From the NCBI GenBank assembly GCA_040901985.1, contig JBBDYC010000002.1:86380-102446 (forward strand): a stretch of 16,067 bases of DNA, written 5' to 3'. Shown here one piece after another: positions 7,116 to 14,801 of this stretch; positions within the stretch are counted from its first letter, which is position 1; each line of letters opens with the position of its first letter. Below the pieces are notes generated by a model. The model was given only the letters and a program-made list of their open reading frames with translations. It was not told the DNA's origin and ran no database searches. Both the position numbers and the translations under genes were made by a program. Origin of the DNA: Gemmatimonadaceae bacterium. GTDB lineage: Bacteria; Gemmatimonadota; Gemmatimonadetes; Gemmatimonadales; Gemmatimonadaceae.

Positions 7116-8734
7116 AGGGTCCGTCCGGTGTTGAGGACGTTGATGCTGTGGAAGCGGCAGGGCGGGCAGCCGTGGCTCACGGCGTTCGACTGGCCGGGCT
7201 GGCCCTTGCCGTCGTTGAAGGTGCCGCCGAGCTCGTAGGACGACTTGCCGCCGATGAGGTCAATGGCGTTCCAGAACTCGCTGGTGCGCATCACATAGGC
7301 GACGTCCTTGAGCTGGCCGACAATCTTTCCGCCGCGCACCTCGTAGCAAACCTGCGCGCCGAACTGCGCGTTGTAGCGCTGTTGGTCTATGGAGTACGAC
7401 GCGCGGCCGACCATCGCGATGCCGCGGTCGGTGGCGGCAATGATGTCGTTCCAACTGCGGTCCACGGTCTGGTCGGGGACGATCGAGACGTTGGGCATTC
7501 GCTGGAAGGCGACATCGCTCCAGCTCTGCGCGTAGGAGCAGCCGTGCGAGCGGACGGGCATCCCGTTCTTTTCGTACCACGGCCGCAGCCACTCGGCCTG
7601 CTCACGCGTGGTCTGGTAGTCCCAGAAGAGGCCGTTCTTGATGATGTCGAAATCGTCGGGCTGCACACCGTCGTCGTCATAACCGATCGTGGCAAGCCCG
7701 TTCGGTTGCGAACGGTCGCCGCGGATGGTGAGGTGGTTGGGGCCGAGCCGGAGCTTGCCGAGGACGTCGTCGGGGGGCGCGATGAACGACGTGCCGGCGT
7801 AGTTGGCCTCGTAGCCCATTGCCCGGTCAAGCTCGGTGGGGTGGCCGATGGACTCGTGGATGGTGAGGAAGAGCTGCGACGGATGGAGGATGAGGTCCCA
7901 GCGGCCGACCTCGACCGACCGTGCGGTGAGCTTCTCCCGCGCCTGCTCGGCCCAGATGGGCGCGTTGGCAACGATGTCGTTCTCGAGGACGTACTCCCAG
8001 CCGCGTCCCATCGGCTGGACGACCTCGGGCCCGCGCACGGCGACCTCGGTGCGGTCGTCGGAGATCGCGGTGCAGGACATCGTGACCCAACTGCGGACGA
8101 CATCCTGCGAGATCATCGACCCCTCGGTGTTGGCGTAGGAGCGCTCCTCCTTCACGAAGGAGAGGTTGGAGTTCACGAAGCGGATGTTGGACACGCGCTG
8201 TGCGGCGGCGTTGGCGCGGAGGAGGAGGTCCACCTTCTCCTCCACTGGGATGCTCCACGGGTCGATGGTATAGCTCGACTTCCAGGTGGCATTGGGGTGT
8301 GCGGGACTCGGCGCAAGGCGGACCGAGCGGTCACGGGCAATGCGATTGGCCTTGGCGAGCGCGACGGCCTGGCGAGCGGCGCGGGCGACGCCCGCGGTGG
8401 TGAGGGCGCGGGTGGCCGAGAATCCCCAGGTGCCGTCCACGAGGACCCGGACGCCGCAGCCGATGGTGTCGGCGTCAAAGACGTTGGTGACCTGCTGCTC
8501 GCGGGTGCCGAGGTTCTGGCGGCGCTGGCGCTGGACGCGGGCGTCGGCCCAGGAGGCGCCGGCGAGCCGTGCGGCGGTGAGGGCCTCGAGGAGAAGGACC
8601 TTCACCGCCGGGTCGGGCTCGGTGGTGGCGGTGAGGATTGGCGAGGCGGTCTCGGCGCCAACCTGACGGCTGGCGAGCGCGATGGCGCTGGCAGCAAGGC
8701 CAGTCTTCGCGAGGAATTCGCGGCGTGTGGTCAT
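7112..8734 (-). CDS. tldD: TldD family metalloprotease with twin-arginine (Tat) signal peptide
   Basis: GGAG RBS before ATG 8734; MTTRREFLAK Tat motif plus hydrophobic stretch; GVRVLVDGTWGF, HESIGHPTELDR (7841-7858), YDDDG, QRMPN, GKGQPGQSNAVSHGCP. Confidence 0.9.
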   Translation of the reverse strand: MTTRREFLAKTGLAASAIALASRQVGAETASPILTATTEPDPAVKVLLLEALTAARLAGASWADARVQRQRRQNLGTREQQVTNVFDADTIGCGVRVLVDGTWGFSATRALTTAGVARAARQAVALAKANRIARDRSVRLAPSPAHPNATWKSSYTIDPWSIPVEEKVDLLLRANAAAQRVSNIRFVNSNLSFVKEERSYANTEGSMISQDVVRSWVTMSCTAISDDRTEVAVRGPEVVQPMGRGWEYVLENDIVANAPIWAEQAREKLTARSVEVGRWDLILHPSQLFLTIHESIGHPTELDRAMGYEANYAGTSFIAPPDDVLGKLRLGPNHLTIRGDRSQPNGLATIGYDDDGVQPDDFDIIKNGLFWDYQTTREQAEWLRPWYEKNGMPVRSHGCSYAQSWSDVAFQRMPNVSIVPDQTVDRSWNDIIAATDRGIAMVGRASYSIDQQRYNAQFGAQVCYEVRGGKIVGQLKDVAYVMRTSEFWNAIDLIGGKSSYELGGTFNDGKGQPGQSNAVSHGCPPCRFHSINVLNTGRTL

Positions 8735-8782
8735 GGGGCGGTCTCCAGGTTCTCGGAGCGGTGCCGGGCGGAGCGGACGGGG

Positions 8783-8811
8783 AATGTCGCGCTGGGGGCG
8801 GGGGATGGCAA
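8783..8811 (-). promoter_or_regulatory. Sigma70-like promoter for the tldD operon
   Basis: Minus strand TTGCCA (8811-8806)-17 nt-GACATT (8788-8783) in the 97-bp tkt-tldD gap. Confidence 0.5.
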
Positions 8812-8831
8812 ACGGGTCGCTCAGGGCGCGT

Positions 8832-10835
8832 TCACCCGACGACTGCCGCGACCACCGCCTCCGCCGTGATCCCATACTCCTTGTACAGCCGCTGATACGG
8901 CGCGCTGGCCCCGAACGTCTCGATCCCGACGATCGCGCCGTCCGTCCCCACCCACCGATGCCAGCTCATCGGGTGCGCGGCCTCGACCGCGACCCGCTTG
9001 ATCCCGCGCGGGAGCACGGAGTCCCGGTACTCCCGCGACTGCGCCGCGAAATACTCCATTGACGGCATCGAGACCACGCGAGTCGGCACGCCGTCCGTGG
9101 CAAGGAGCGTCTGCGCCTTGAGCGCGATCTCCACTTCCGAACCCGAAGCGATGATCACCGCCCTTGGCGCGACGCCTTCCGGCGAGTCCTTGAGCACATA
9201 CGCGCCCTTGGCGAGCCCGCTCGCCGCGCCGTGCGTCGCGCGGTCAATGAGCGGGAGCTTCTGGCGCGTGAGCACGAGCGCCACCGGGCCGGTGCGATGC
9301 CTGAGCGCGGCGCGCCACGCCTCCGCCGTCTCCGTGGCATCCGCCGGCCGCAACACCAGCAGGTTCGGGATGCAGCGTAGCGCCGAGAGTTGCTCGACGG
9401 GCTGATGGGTCGGCCCGTCCTCGCCGAGGCCGATGGAGTCGTGCGTGAAGACGTAAATGACTTGCTGTCGCATCAGCGCGGCGAGGCGGATCGCCGGGCG
9501 CATATAGTCCGCGAAGACGAGAAAGGTGCCGCCGTACGGGATGATCCCGCCGTGGAGCGCCATCCCGTTCAGCACGGCGCCCATCGCGTGCTCACGGATC
9601 CCGAAGTGGAAGTTGCGCCCTCCCCGCTGCGTGGCGGTGAAGACGGCGGTGCCCTTGATGCTCGTGAGATTGGAGCCAGTGAGGTCGGCCGAGCCGCCGA
9701 TGAGTTCGGGCACGGCAGTGGCGATGCCGTTGAGGACGATGCCCGACGCAGCGCGGCTGGCCACGTTCCCGTTGGTCGCGTCGAACTCGGGAATCGCGCG
9801 CTCCCACTGTACCGGCAGGTCGCCGTGCCAGCGACGGCCGAGCTCCTTCGCCTCGGTCGGAAAGGTCTTCGCGTATTCCGCGAACTTCCGCATCCACTCG
9901 GCCTGCAGGTTGACGCCGCGCTCGGCGGCGTGACGCCAATGCTCGAGCGCAGCGGCCGGCACGTGGAACGGCTCCGGCGAGGGCCATCCGTACTTTTCCT
10001 TGGTCAGGACGATCTCGTCCTTGCCAAGGGGCTCGCCGTGGGCCTTGGCGGTGTCGGCGCGGTTGGGCGACCCGTAGCCGATGATCGTGCGCGTGACAAT
10101 CAGCGACGGGCGGGAGGTCTCCAGCTTGGCCGCGGCGATGATCCGGTCAATCTCGTCCTGGTCGTTCACGTCGGCGATGTGGAGCACCTGCCAGCCGTAG
10201 GCCTCGAAGCGCTTGGCCACGTCGTCGCTGCAGGAGAGGTCGGTGCGGCCGTCAATGGTGATGCGATTGTCGTCGAAGAAGCCGATCAACTTGCCAAGCT
10301 TCTGGTGGCCGGCAAAGGAGGCCGCCTCGTGCGAGATGCCTTCCATCAGGCAGCCGTCGCCGGCGATGAACCAGGTGTGGTGGTCAATCACGCCGAAGCC
10401 GTCGCGATTGAACAGGGCGGCGGTATGCGCCTCGGCCACCGCCATCCCGACGGCGTTCGCCATTCCCTGGCCGAGCGGGCCGGTAGTGGTCTCGATCCCG
10501 GCGGTGTGGCCGTACTCCGGATGTCCGGGGGTGCGGCTCCCCCACTGCCGGAAGCGCTTGATCTCGTCGAGCGGGAGGTCGTAACCCGAAAGGAAGAGCG
10601 TCGCGTAGAGGAGCATTGACGCGTGGCCCGCCGAGAGGACGACGCGGTCGCGGTCGGCCCAGCGGGGGTCGGCGGGGTTATGGCGGAGGTGGCGGGTGTA
10701 GAGGGCGTAGGCCAGCGGGGCGAGCGCCATCGGGGTGCCGGGGTGCCCGGATTCCGCCTGCTGGACCGCGTCCATCGCCAACGTGCGGACGGTGTTGATG
10801 GCAAGCTGCTGCGTGGCGGGGTCGGCCTGGGGCAC
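8832..10835 (-). CDS. tkt: Transketolase
   Basis: SGHPG, LSAGHASMLLY, TPGHPE, TTGPLGQG, TPP motif GDGCLMEG…DDN, GGSADL, FGIREHAM, THDSIGLGEDGPTHQP; GTG start with GGAG RBS; 667 aa. Confidence 0.97.
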   Translation of the reverse strand: MPQADPATQQLAINTVRTLAMDAVQQAESGHPGTPMALAPLAYALYTRHLRHNPADPRWADRDRVVLSAGHASMLLYATLFLSGYDLPLDEIKRFRQWGSRTPGHPEYGHTAGIETTTGPLGQGMANAVGMAVAEAHTAALFNRDGFGVIDHHTWFIAGDGCLMEGISHEAASFAGHQKLGKLIGFFDDNRITIDGRTDLSCSDDVAKRFEAYGWQVLHIADVNDQDEIDRIIAAAKLETSRPSLIVTRTIIGYGSPNRADTAKAHGEPLGKDEIVLTKEKYGWPSPEPFHVPAAALEHWRHAAERGVNLQAEWMRKFAEYAKTFPTEAKELGRRWHGDLPVQWERAIPEFDATNGNVASRAASGIVLNGIATAVPELIGGSADLTGSNLTSIKGTAVFTATQRGGRNFHFGIREHAMGAVLNGMALHGGIIPYGGTFLVFADYMRPAIRLAALMRQQVIYVFTHDSIGLGEDGPTHQPVEQLSALRCIPNLLVLRPADATETAEAWRAALRHRTGPVALVLTRQKLPLIDRATHGAASGLAKGAYVLKDSPEGVAPRAVIIASGSEVEIALKAQTLLATDGVPTRVVSMPSMEYFAAQSREYRDSVLPRGIKRVAVEAAHPMSWHRWVGTDGAIVGIETFGASAPYQRLYKEYGITAEAVVAAVVG

Positions 10836-10998
10836 TCGGGAAGCTCCAGCGGGGAATCGGCGTGGTGGGGCGGCGCGCGAAAGCTATCCGCCGCGAGCGC
10901 TCGATGCGACCGGGCAGCGGTCTCCCGCGCCCAGCCGGAACTTAAATACGATGCTGCCCTATGGCAGACTGGGGGGACGACTCTACATAATTGCACCA
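10836..10998. promoter_or_regulatory. Divergent promoter region tkt / diguanylate cyclase
   Basis: Locally AT-richer. Plus strand: CATAAT (10986-10991) with weak TGGCAG 18 nt upstream; GGAACTT at 10937-10943; short inverted repeat CTGCC-N4-GGCAG (10954-10967). Minus strand: TCGCAT-N17-TAGCTT (10909-10881). Confidence 0.4.
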
Positions 10999-11061
10999 AT
11001 GGCGCGACATACGACGGTCGGCGAACCCGCGGCGAGCACGCCGGCGGTGGATCGCGCATGA
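10999..11061 (+). CDS. Candidate leaderless 20-aa uORF (MARHTTVGEPAASTPAVDRA)
   Basis: ATG 7 nt after CATAAT; its TGA overlaps the DGC ATG (ATGA). No homology evidence. Confidence 0.25.
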   Translation: MARHTTVGEPAASTPAVDRA

Positions 11062-11945
11062 CGCGCGTCCCACGCTATCGATCCCTGGCCGACCCGGAGA
11101 GCCTGCGCTCGCTGGTCGCCAACTTGCGTGAGGCCATCTACATCACGAACGCCCGTGGCGAGGTGCTGGATGCGAATCCGGCATTCTTCGCGCTGCTCGG
11201 CGTGCGTTCGTTGGATGACCTCGTGGCGTACGGCGCCAACGAAATGGTCGTGGATCCGTCGCGCCGCGTCGCCGAGCTCGAGCAGATCGAACGCGACGGG
11301 TCGGTGCGCGACTTCGAGCTCCAGCTCGTCCGCCCCGACGGCGGACTGCTCACCGTGCTCGACACGGTGTATTCGGTGCACGACCAGGAGTCGGGCGAGA
11401 CGATCTACCACGGGATCCTCGTTGACATCACGCACCGCAAGCAGTTGGAGGAGAGCCTCCGGCAGCAGAGTCGCCGCGACCCACTGACCGGCTGCTTCAA
11501 CCGACGGTACCTGGCGGACCTCGACGAGGAACTCAGCGGCAGCGAGGAACCCTGGGGTTGCCTCTTCATAGACATCGATCACTTCAAGCAGTACAACGAC
11601 GAGCACGGCCATCAAATGGGGGACAACACCCTCATCCGGATGAGCCGTTTTCTGATGCGGCAGGTGCGCGCCGAGGAGCCGGTGATCCGGGTGGGCGGCG
11701 ACGAGTTCGTGATCGTGTTGCGCGGGGCGTCGGACGCGCAGGCCAAGATGGTTGCCGACCGTATGCAATCGGCGGCGCTCCGCACGGCGCCGGTGCCCTT
11801 CTCGCTTGGCTGGGCCTGCCGGCAGCCTGCGGAAAACCTGATGTCCACGATCCATCGGGCCGACCAGGACCTCCTGGCGGTCCGTGTGATCGAGCGCACA
11901 CCGACGCGGATAATCCCACCACCGGAGCCCGATCCGAAGTCCTGA
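11058..11945 (+). CDS. PAS-domain sensor diguanylate cyclase (PAS/PAC + GGDEF)
   Basis: PAS (EAIYITNARGEVLDANPAF…RPDG…GILVDIT), RDPLTGCFNRR, DIDHFKQYNDEHGHQMGD, RVGGDEF (11694-11708). Start set at ATG 11058. Confidence 0.92.
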   Translation: MTRVPRYRSLADPESLRSLVANLREAIYITNARGEVLDANPAFFALLGVRSLDDLVAYGANEMVVDPSRRVAELEQIERDGSVRDFELQLVRPDGGLLTVLDTVYSVHDQESGETIYHGILVDITHRKQLEESLRQQSRRDPLTGCFNRRYLADLDEELSGSEEPWGCLFIDIDHFKQYNDEHGHQMGDNTLIRMSRFLMRQVRAEEPVIRVGGDEFVIVLRGASDAQAKMVADRMQSAALRTAPVPFSLGWACRQPAENLMSTIHRADQDLLAVRVIERTPTRIIPPPEPDPKS

Positions 11946-11957
11946 ACCGGGGCGGTG

Positions 11958-11982
11958 TGCAAGTTTTTCGACCGCCAGCGTC
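11958..11982 (+). promoter_or_regulatory. Candidate ECF sigma-dependent promoter upstream of the vWA-ECF operon
   Basis: TGCAAG(11958-11963)-TTTTT…(15 nt)-CGTC(11979-11982), similar to ECF-type -35/T-tract/-10 architecture; GGGGGA RBS before GTG 12011. Confidence 0.4.
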
Positions 11983-12010
11983 TCCTCCGTGACTCTTACC
12001 GGGGGACCCC

Positions 12011-14263
12011 GTGCTGCGACCGACCTTCCCTATCCGCTGGACGTCACTCCTGCTGCTCTTCGTCCCGTTCCCGTCCTCCGCCGCGGCGCAGGACGTGGGG
12101 ATCGGGCGTCCGATCTGCGGGACGCGCAACTGCATCACGACGCCCTGCCCTCCGCCGCCCTGCCCGACCGCGGAGCTCGTCGTGCGGACCGGTCGCGAGG
12201 TGAGGGTGGTCCTCGATGGTCGGGTGTTGCGCTACGAGGTGACCGAGCGCTGGACGAATCACGGCCGCATGATCGGCGAGGCGGACTACGTGCTCCCGCT
12301 CCCGCGAGGAGCGGCATTCGAGGACCTGGCGCTGGAGATTGACGGCGAGATGGTGACGGGCGAGGCGCTCGACGCCGGCCGCGCGCGCCGGGTCTATGAG
12401 GAGATCGTGCGCCAGCGCCGCGACCCGGCGCTGGTCGAGTGGATGGGGATGGGCGTGCTGCGCACGCGGATCTTCCCGATCGCGCCCGGCGAGACGCGCA
12501 CCGTGGTGGTGCGGTTCCGCGCGGTCGCAGAGCGCGAAGGGGACGCACTGCGCGTGGACGTGCCGGCGCCGCGGGGGAATGGGACGATGGCGAGCGGGAC
12601 GACGCTGAGCCTCCGCTGGCCGGCTGGGGAGGGGTTCGGCGAGGCGTGGTCGCCGACGCATAAGATGGACGTGGCGACTGACGGCAACCGCCGGTTGGCC
12701 CGCGTGTCCGACGCCGTGGGGACGGTCACGATGCTGCTGCCGGTCCGGGACGGCCGGGCGGCGGCGCTCACGGTGCTGACGCACGCGCCGTCGGTCAACG
12801 ACGGCTATGCGCTGATCACCCTCACGCCGCCGCTGAACACGCGCGGGTCAACCCCGCGCGACGTGAGTTTCGTGATTGACGTGTCGGGCTCGATGAGCGG
12901 CGTCAAGATGGAGCAGGCGCGCGCGGCGGGCCGACAACTGCTCAACTCGCTCGGCCGCGACGACCGGTTCCGGCTGATCGCCTTTTCGGGGGACGTCACG
13001 GAGTTCCGCGAGGCGTGGACGCTGGCGACACCGCAGGCGCGGCGCGAGGCCGAGGAGTGGCTCACCGACCTGCGGGCCTCGGGCGGGACGAACATCGCCG
13101 GCGCGCTCGAGCGGGCGCTCGAGGCGCGGTCGCCGGTCGATCGCCTGGCTCTGGTGCTCTTCCTGACCGACGGCGCACCGACGGTGGGTGAACGGCGCGG
13201 CGAGCGCCTGGCGGCGCGCGCGGCCGAGTTGCGGGGCACCAGGCGCATCTTCACCTTCGGGCTCGGCGCCGACGTGAACGTCGGCCTGCTCGAGCAGCTC
13301 GCGCTCGACGGCGCGGGCACGGCCCACTTCGTGCGACCGGAGGAGGATGTGGAGCGGGTCGTGGGCGTGGTGGCGGAACGGATCACGAGGCCGGTGGCGA
13401 CGAACCTCCGGGTGCGCGCCGAGGGCGTGCAGCTGCACGCGGTGCAGCCGGCCGGCCGTCTCGATCTCTTTGCCGGTCAGGAACTGGTGATCCTCGCGCG
13501 GTACCGCGGGGCGGCGAACGCCGGGCGAATCGTCATCACCGGCGACACGCCGAATGGGCCGGTCACCTGGGAGGCCCAGGCGCGCTTCCCGGACCGTCGC
13601 ACCACGGATGCGTTCGTCGGTCGGCTCTGGGCCACGCAGCGCGTTGGGTGGCTGAGCGCAGAGCGCCGTCGCAATGGCGCGTCGGGAGAGGTGGATCAGG
13701 AGATCCGATCGCTGGGCGAACGCTGGGGCATCCCAACCGAGCTGACGTCGTATCTCGTGCTCGAGCCGGGGATGGTGGCGAGCGGACAAGGCCGGCTGGA
13801 CGCCGGCGCAGGTTCGGGTGGGGATCCCGTGTTGCGGAGGGAGCGTGATGTGAACCGACTGAGCGGTGTGACGGTGACAGACGCCGCCGCGCCGTCGGCA
13901 CCGGAGCGGGCGTTCGAGGCGGCCAAGGCGGCTGCCGGGATGCGCGAGTCGCGGACAGTGGCCGACGCGGAGTTGGCGCTCGACGATACCAAGATGCGCC
14001 GCACGGCAAATCGTGTCTTCACGATCCGGGACAGCGTCTGGACCGACAGCCGCGCCGAAGCAGCCGGGGCCCGGAAGGTGCGGGTGCGCGCCTACTCGCC
14101 GGCCTACTTCGCGCTGATGGAGCGGGTGCCGGAGCTGCGCGAGATCCTCGCGCTCGGCGAGCGGGTGCAGGCGCACGGGGCGCGGGTGACGCTCGTGCTG
14201 GCGACGGACGGGGTAGAGATGCTGAGCGCACCCGAACTCACGGCCTTTACCCGCGACTGGTGA
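12011..14263 (+). CDS. Exported VIT + von Willebrand factor A domain protein (inter-alpha-trypsin-inhibitor-like architecture)
   Basis: Signal peptide (…PSSAAA|Q); VIT features (EADYVLPLP…ARRVYEEIVRQRRDPALVEW…RIFPIAPG); vWA MIDAS DVSGS (12878-12892), GGTNI, LTDG; RLWATQR…TELTSYLVLE tail. Confidence 0.88.
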   Translation: MLRPTFPIRWTSLLLLFVPFPSSAAAQDVGIGRPICGTRNCITTPCPPPPCPTAELVVRTGREVRVVLDGRVLRYEVTERWTNHGRMIGEADYVLPLPRGAAFEDLALEIDGEMVTGEALDAGRARRVYEEIVRQRRDPALVEWMGMGVLRTRIFPIAPGETRTVVVRFRAVAEREGDALRVDVPAPRGNGTMASGTTLSLRWPAGEGFGEAWSPTHKMDVATDGNRRLARVSDAVGTVTMLLPVRDGRAAALTVLTHAPSVNDGYALITLTPPLNTRGSTPRDVSFVIDVSGSMSGVKMEQARAAGRQLLNSLGRDDRFRLIAFSGDVTEFREAWTLATPQARREAEEWLTDLRASGGTNIAGALERALEARSPVDRLALVLFLTDGAPTVGERRGERLAARAAELRGTRRIFTFGLGADVNVGLLEQLALDGAGTAHFVRPEEDVERVVGVVAERITRPVATNLRVRAEGVQLHAVQPAGRLDLFAGQELVILARYRGAANAGRIVITGDTPNGPVTWEAQARFPDRRTTDAFVGRLWATQRVGWLSAERRRNGASGEVDQEIRSLGERWGIPTELTSYLVLEPGMVASGQGRLDAGAGSGGDPVLRRERDVNRLSGVTVTDAAAPSAPERAFEAAKAAAGMRESRTVADAELALDDTKMRRTANRVFTIRDSVWTDSRAEAAGARKVRVRAYSPAYFALMERVPELREILALGERVQAHGARVTLVLATDGVEMLSAPELTAFTRDW

Positions 14264-14267
14264 TCCA

Positions 14268-14801
14268 TTGCAGCAACTGGCGGAACGTCTCTTCGTCACC
14301 TACCACGCGACGCTGGTGCGATACCTGACGCGTCGCCTGGGCGACCGCGACTGGGCGGAGGAGGTGGCGCAAGAGACGTTCGTCCGGGCGCTGCGGCAGG
14401 AGACCATCGTGAACGAACGCGCGTGGGTCTTTGCGGTGGCGAACAACCTGGTGCGCGACGGCGCGCGTCGGGATGCCCGCAACCGGCGGCATTTGGAGCT
14501 GATGGCGGCCGAGGCGCGCGATTCGGCGGCGGAGGGGCAGGAGCAGGAGGAAGGGGAGCAGACGTCAGCGCGCGCGCGGGAAATGGCGGTTGCCCGCCGC
14601 GCGTTGGCCGGGCTCAGTCAACGGGACCGGCAGGCGCTGCTGCTGAAGGAAGAAGGACTCGACTACGGGGAGATCGCCGAGGTGTTGCAGATCGAGAAAT
14701 CATCAGTGGGCACGACGTTGTCGCGCGCACGGCGCCGGCTGGCCGAGTCGTACGACGCGTTCGTCGCCCGTGAGAAAGGGGGAGGAAATGTCGCATCCTG
14801 A
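14268..14801 (+). CDS. ECF-type RNA polymerase sigma-70 factor
   Basis: Sigma2 (DWAEEVAQETFVRA…AWVFAVANN) and sigma4 (LSQRDRQALLLKEEGLDYGEIAEVL…SVGTTLSRARRRL). TTG 14268 is the first usable start after an in-frame TGA at 14223. Confidence 0.9.
   Translation: MQQLAERLFVTYHATLVRYLTRRLGDRDWAEEVAQETFVRALRQETIVNERAWVFAVANNLVRDGARRDARNRRHLELMAAEARDSAAEGQEQEEGEQTSARAREMAVARRALAGLSQRDRQALLLKEEGLDYGEIAEVLQIEKSSVGTTLSRARRRLAESYDAFVAREKGGGNVAS

Noticed and set aside
8735..8831. Search for a RiPP precursor peptide next to tldD/E and the ATP-grasp gene
   Set aside because: No credible small ORF with an RBS in this gap or elsewhere around the operon, so a RiPP cluster is not supported from this window.
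7148..8869. Long antisense ORFs (7148-8869, 2707-3744, 3806-4879, 6135-7238, 9390-10619 on +; 12848-14299, 10983-11855 on -)
   Set aside because: They are mirror-frame shadows of clear genes in GC-rich DNA, with no recognisable motifs.
10937..10965. GGAACTT as a sigmaE-type -35 element
   Set aside because: No convincing -10 element (TCAAA/TCTGA/CGTT-like) at the expected spacing.
10623..11057. ORF-track N-terminal extensions of the DGC (also of VOC from 1549, TldD from 8875, amidohydrolase from 557)
   Set aside because: They overlap neighbouring genes or promoters; downstream starts fit the RBS, signal-peptide and domain boundaries.
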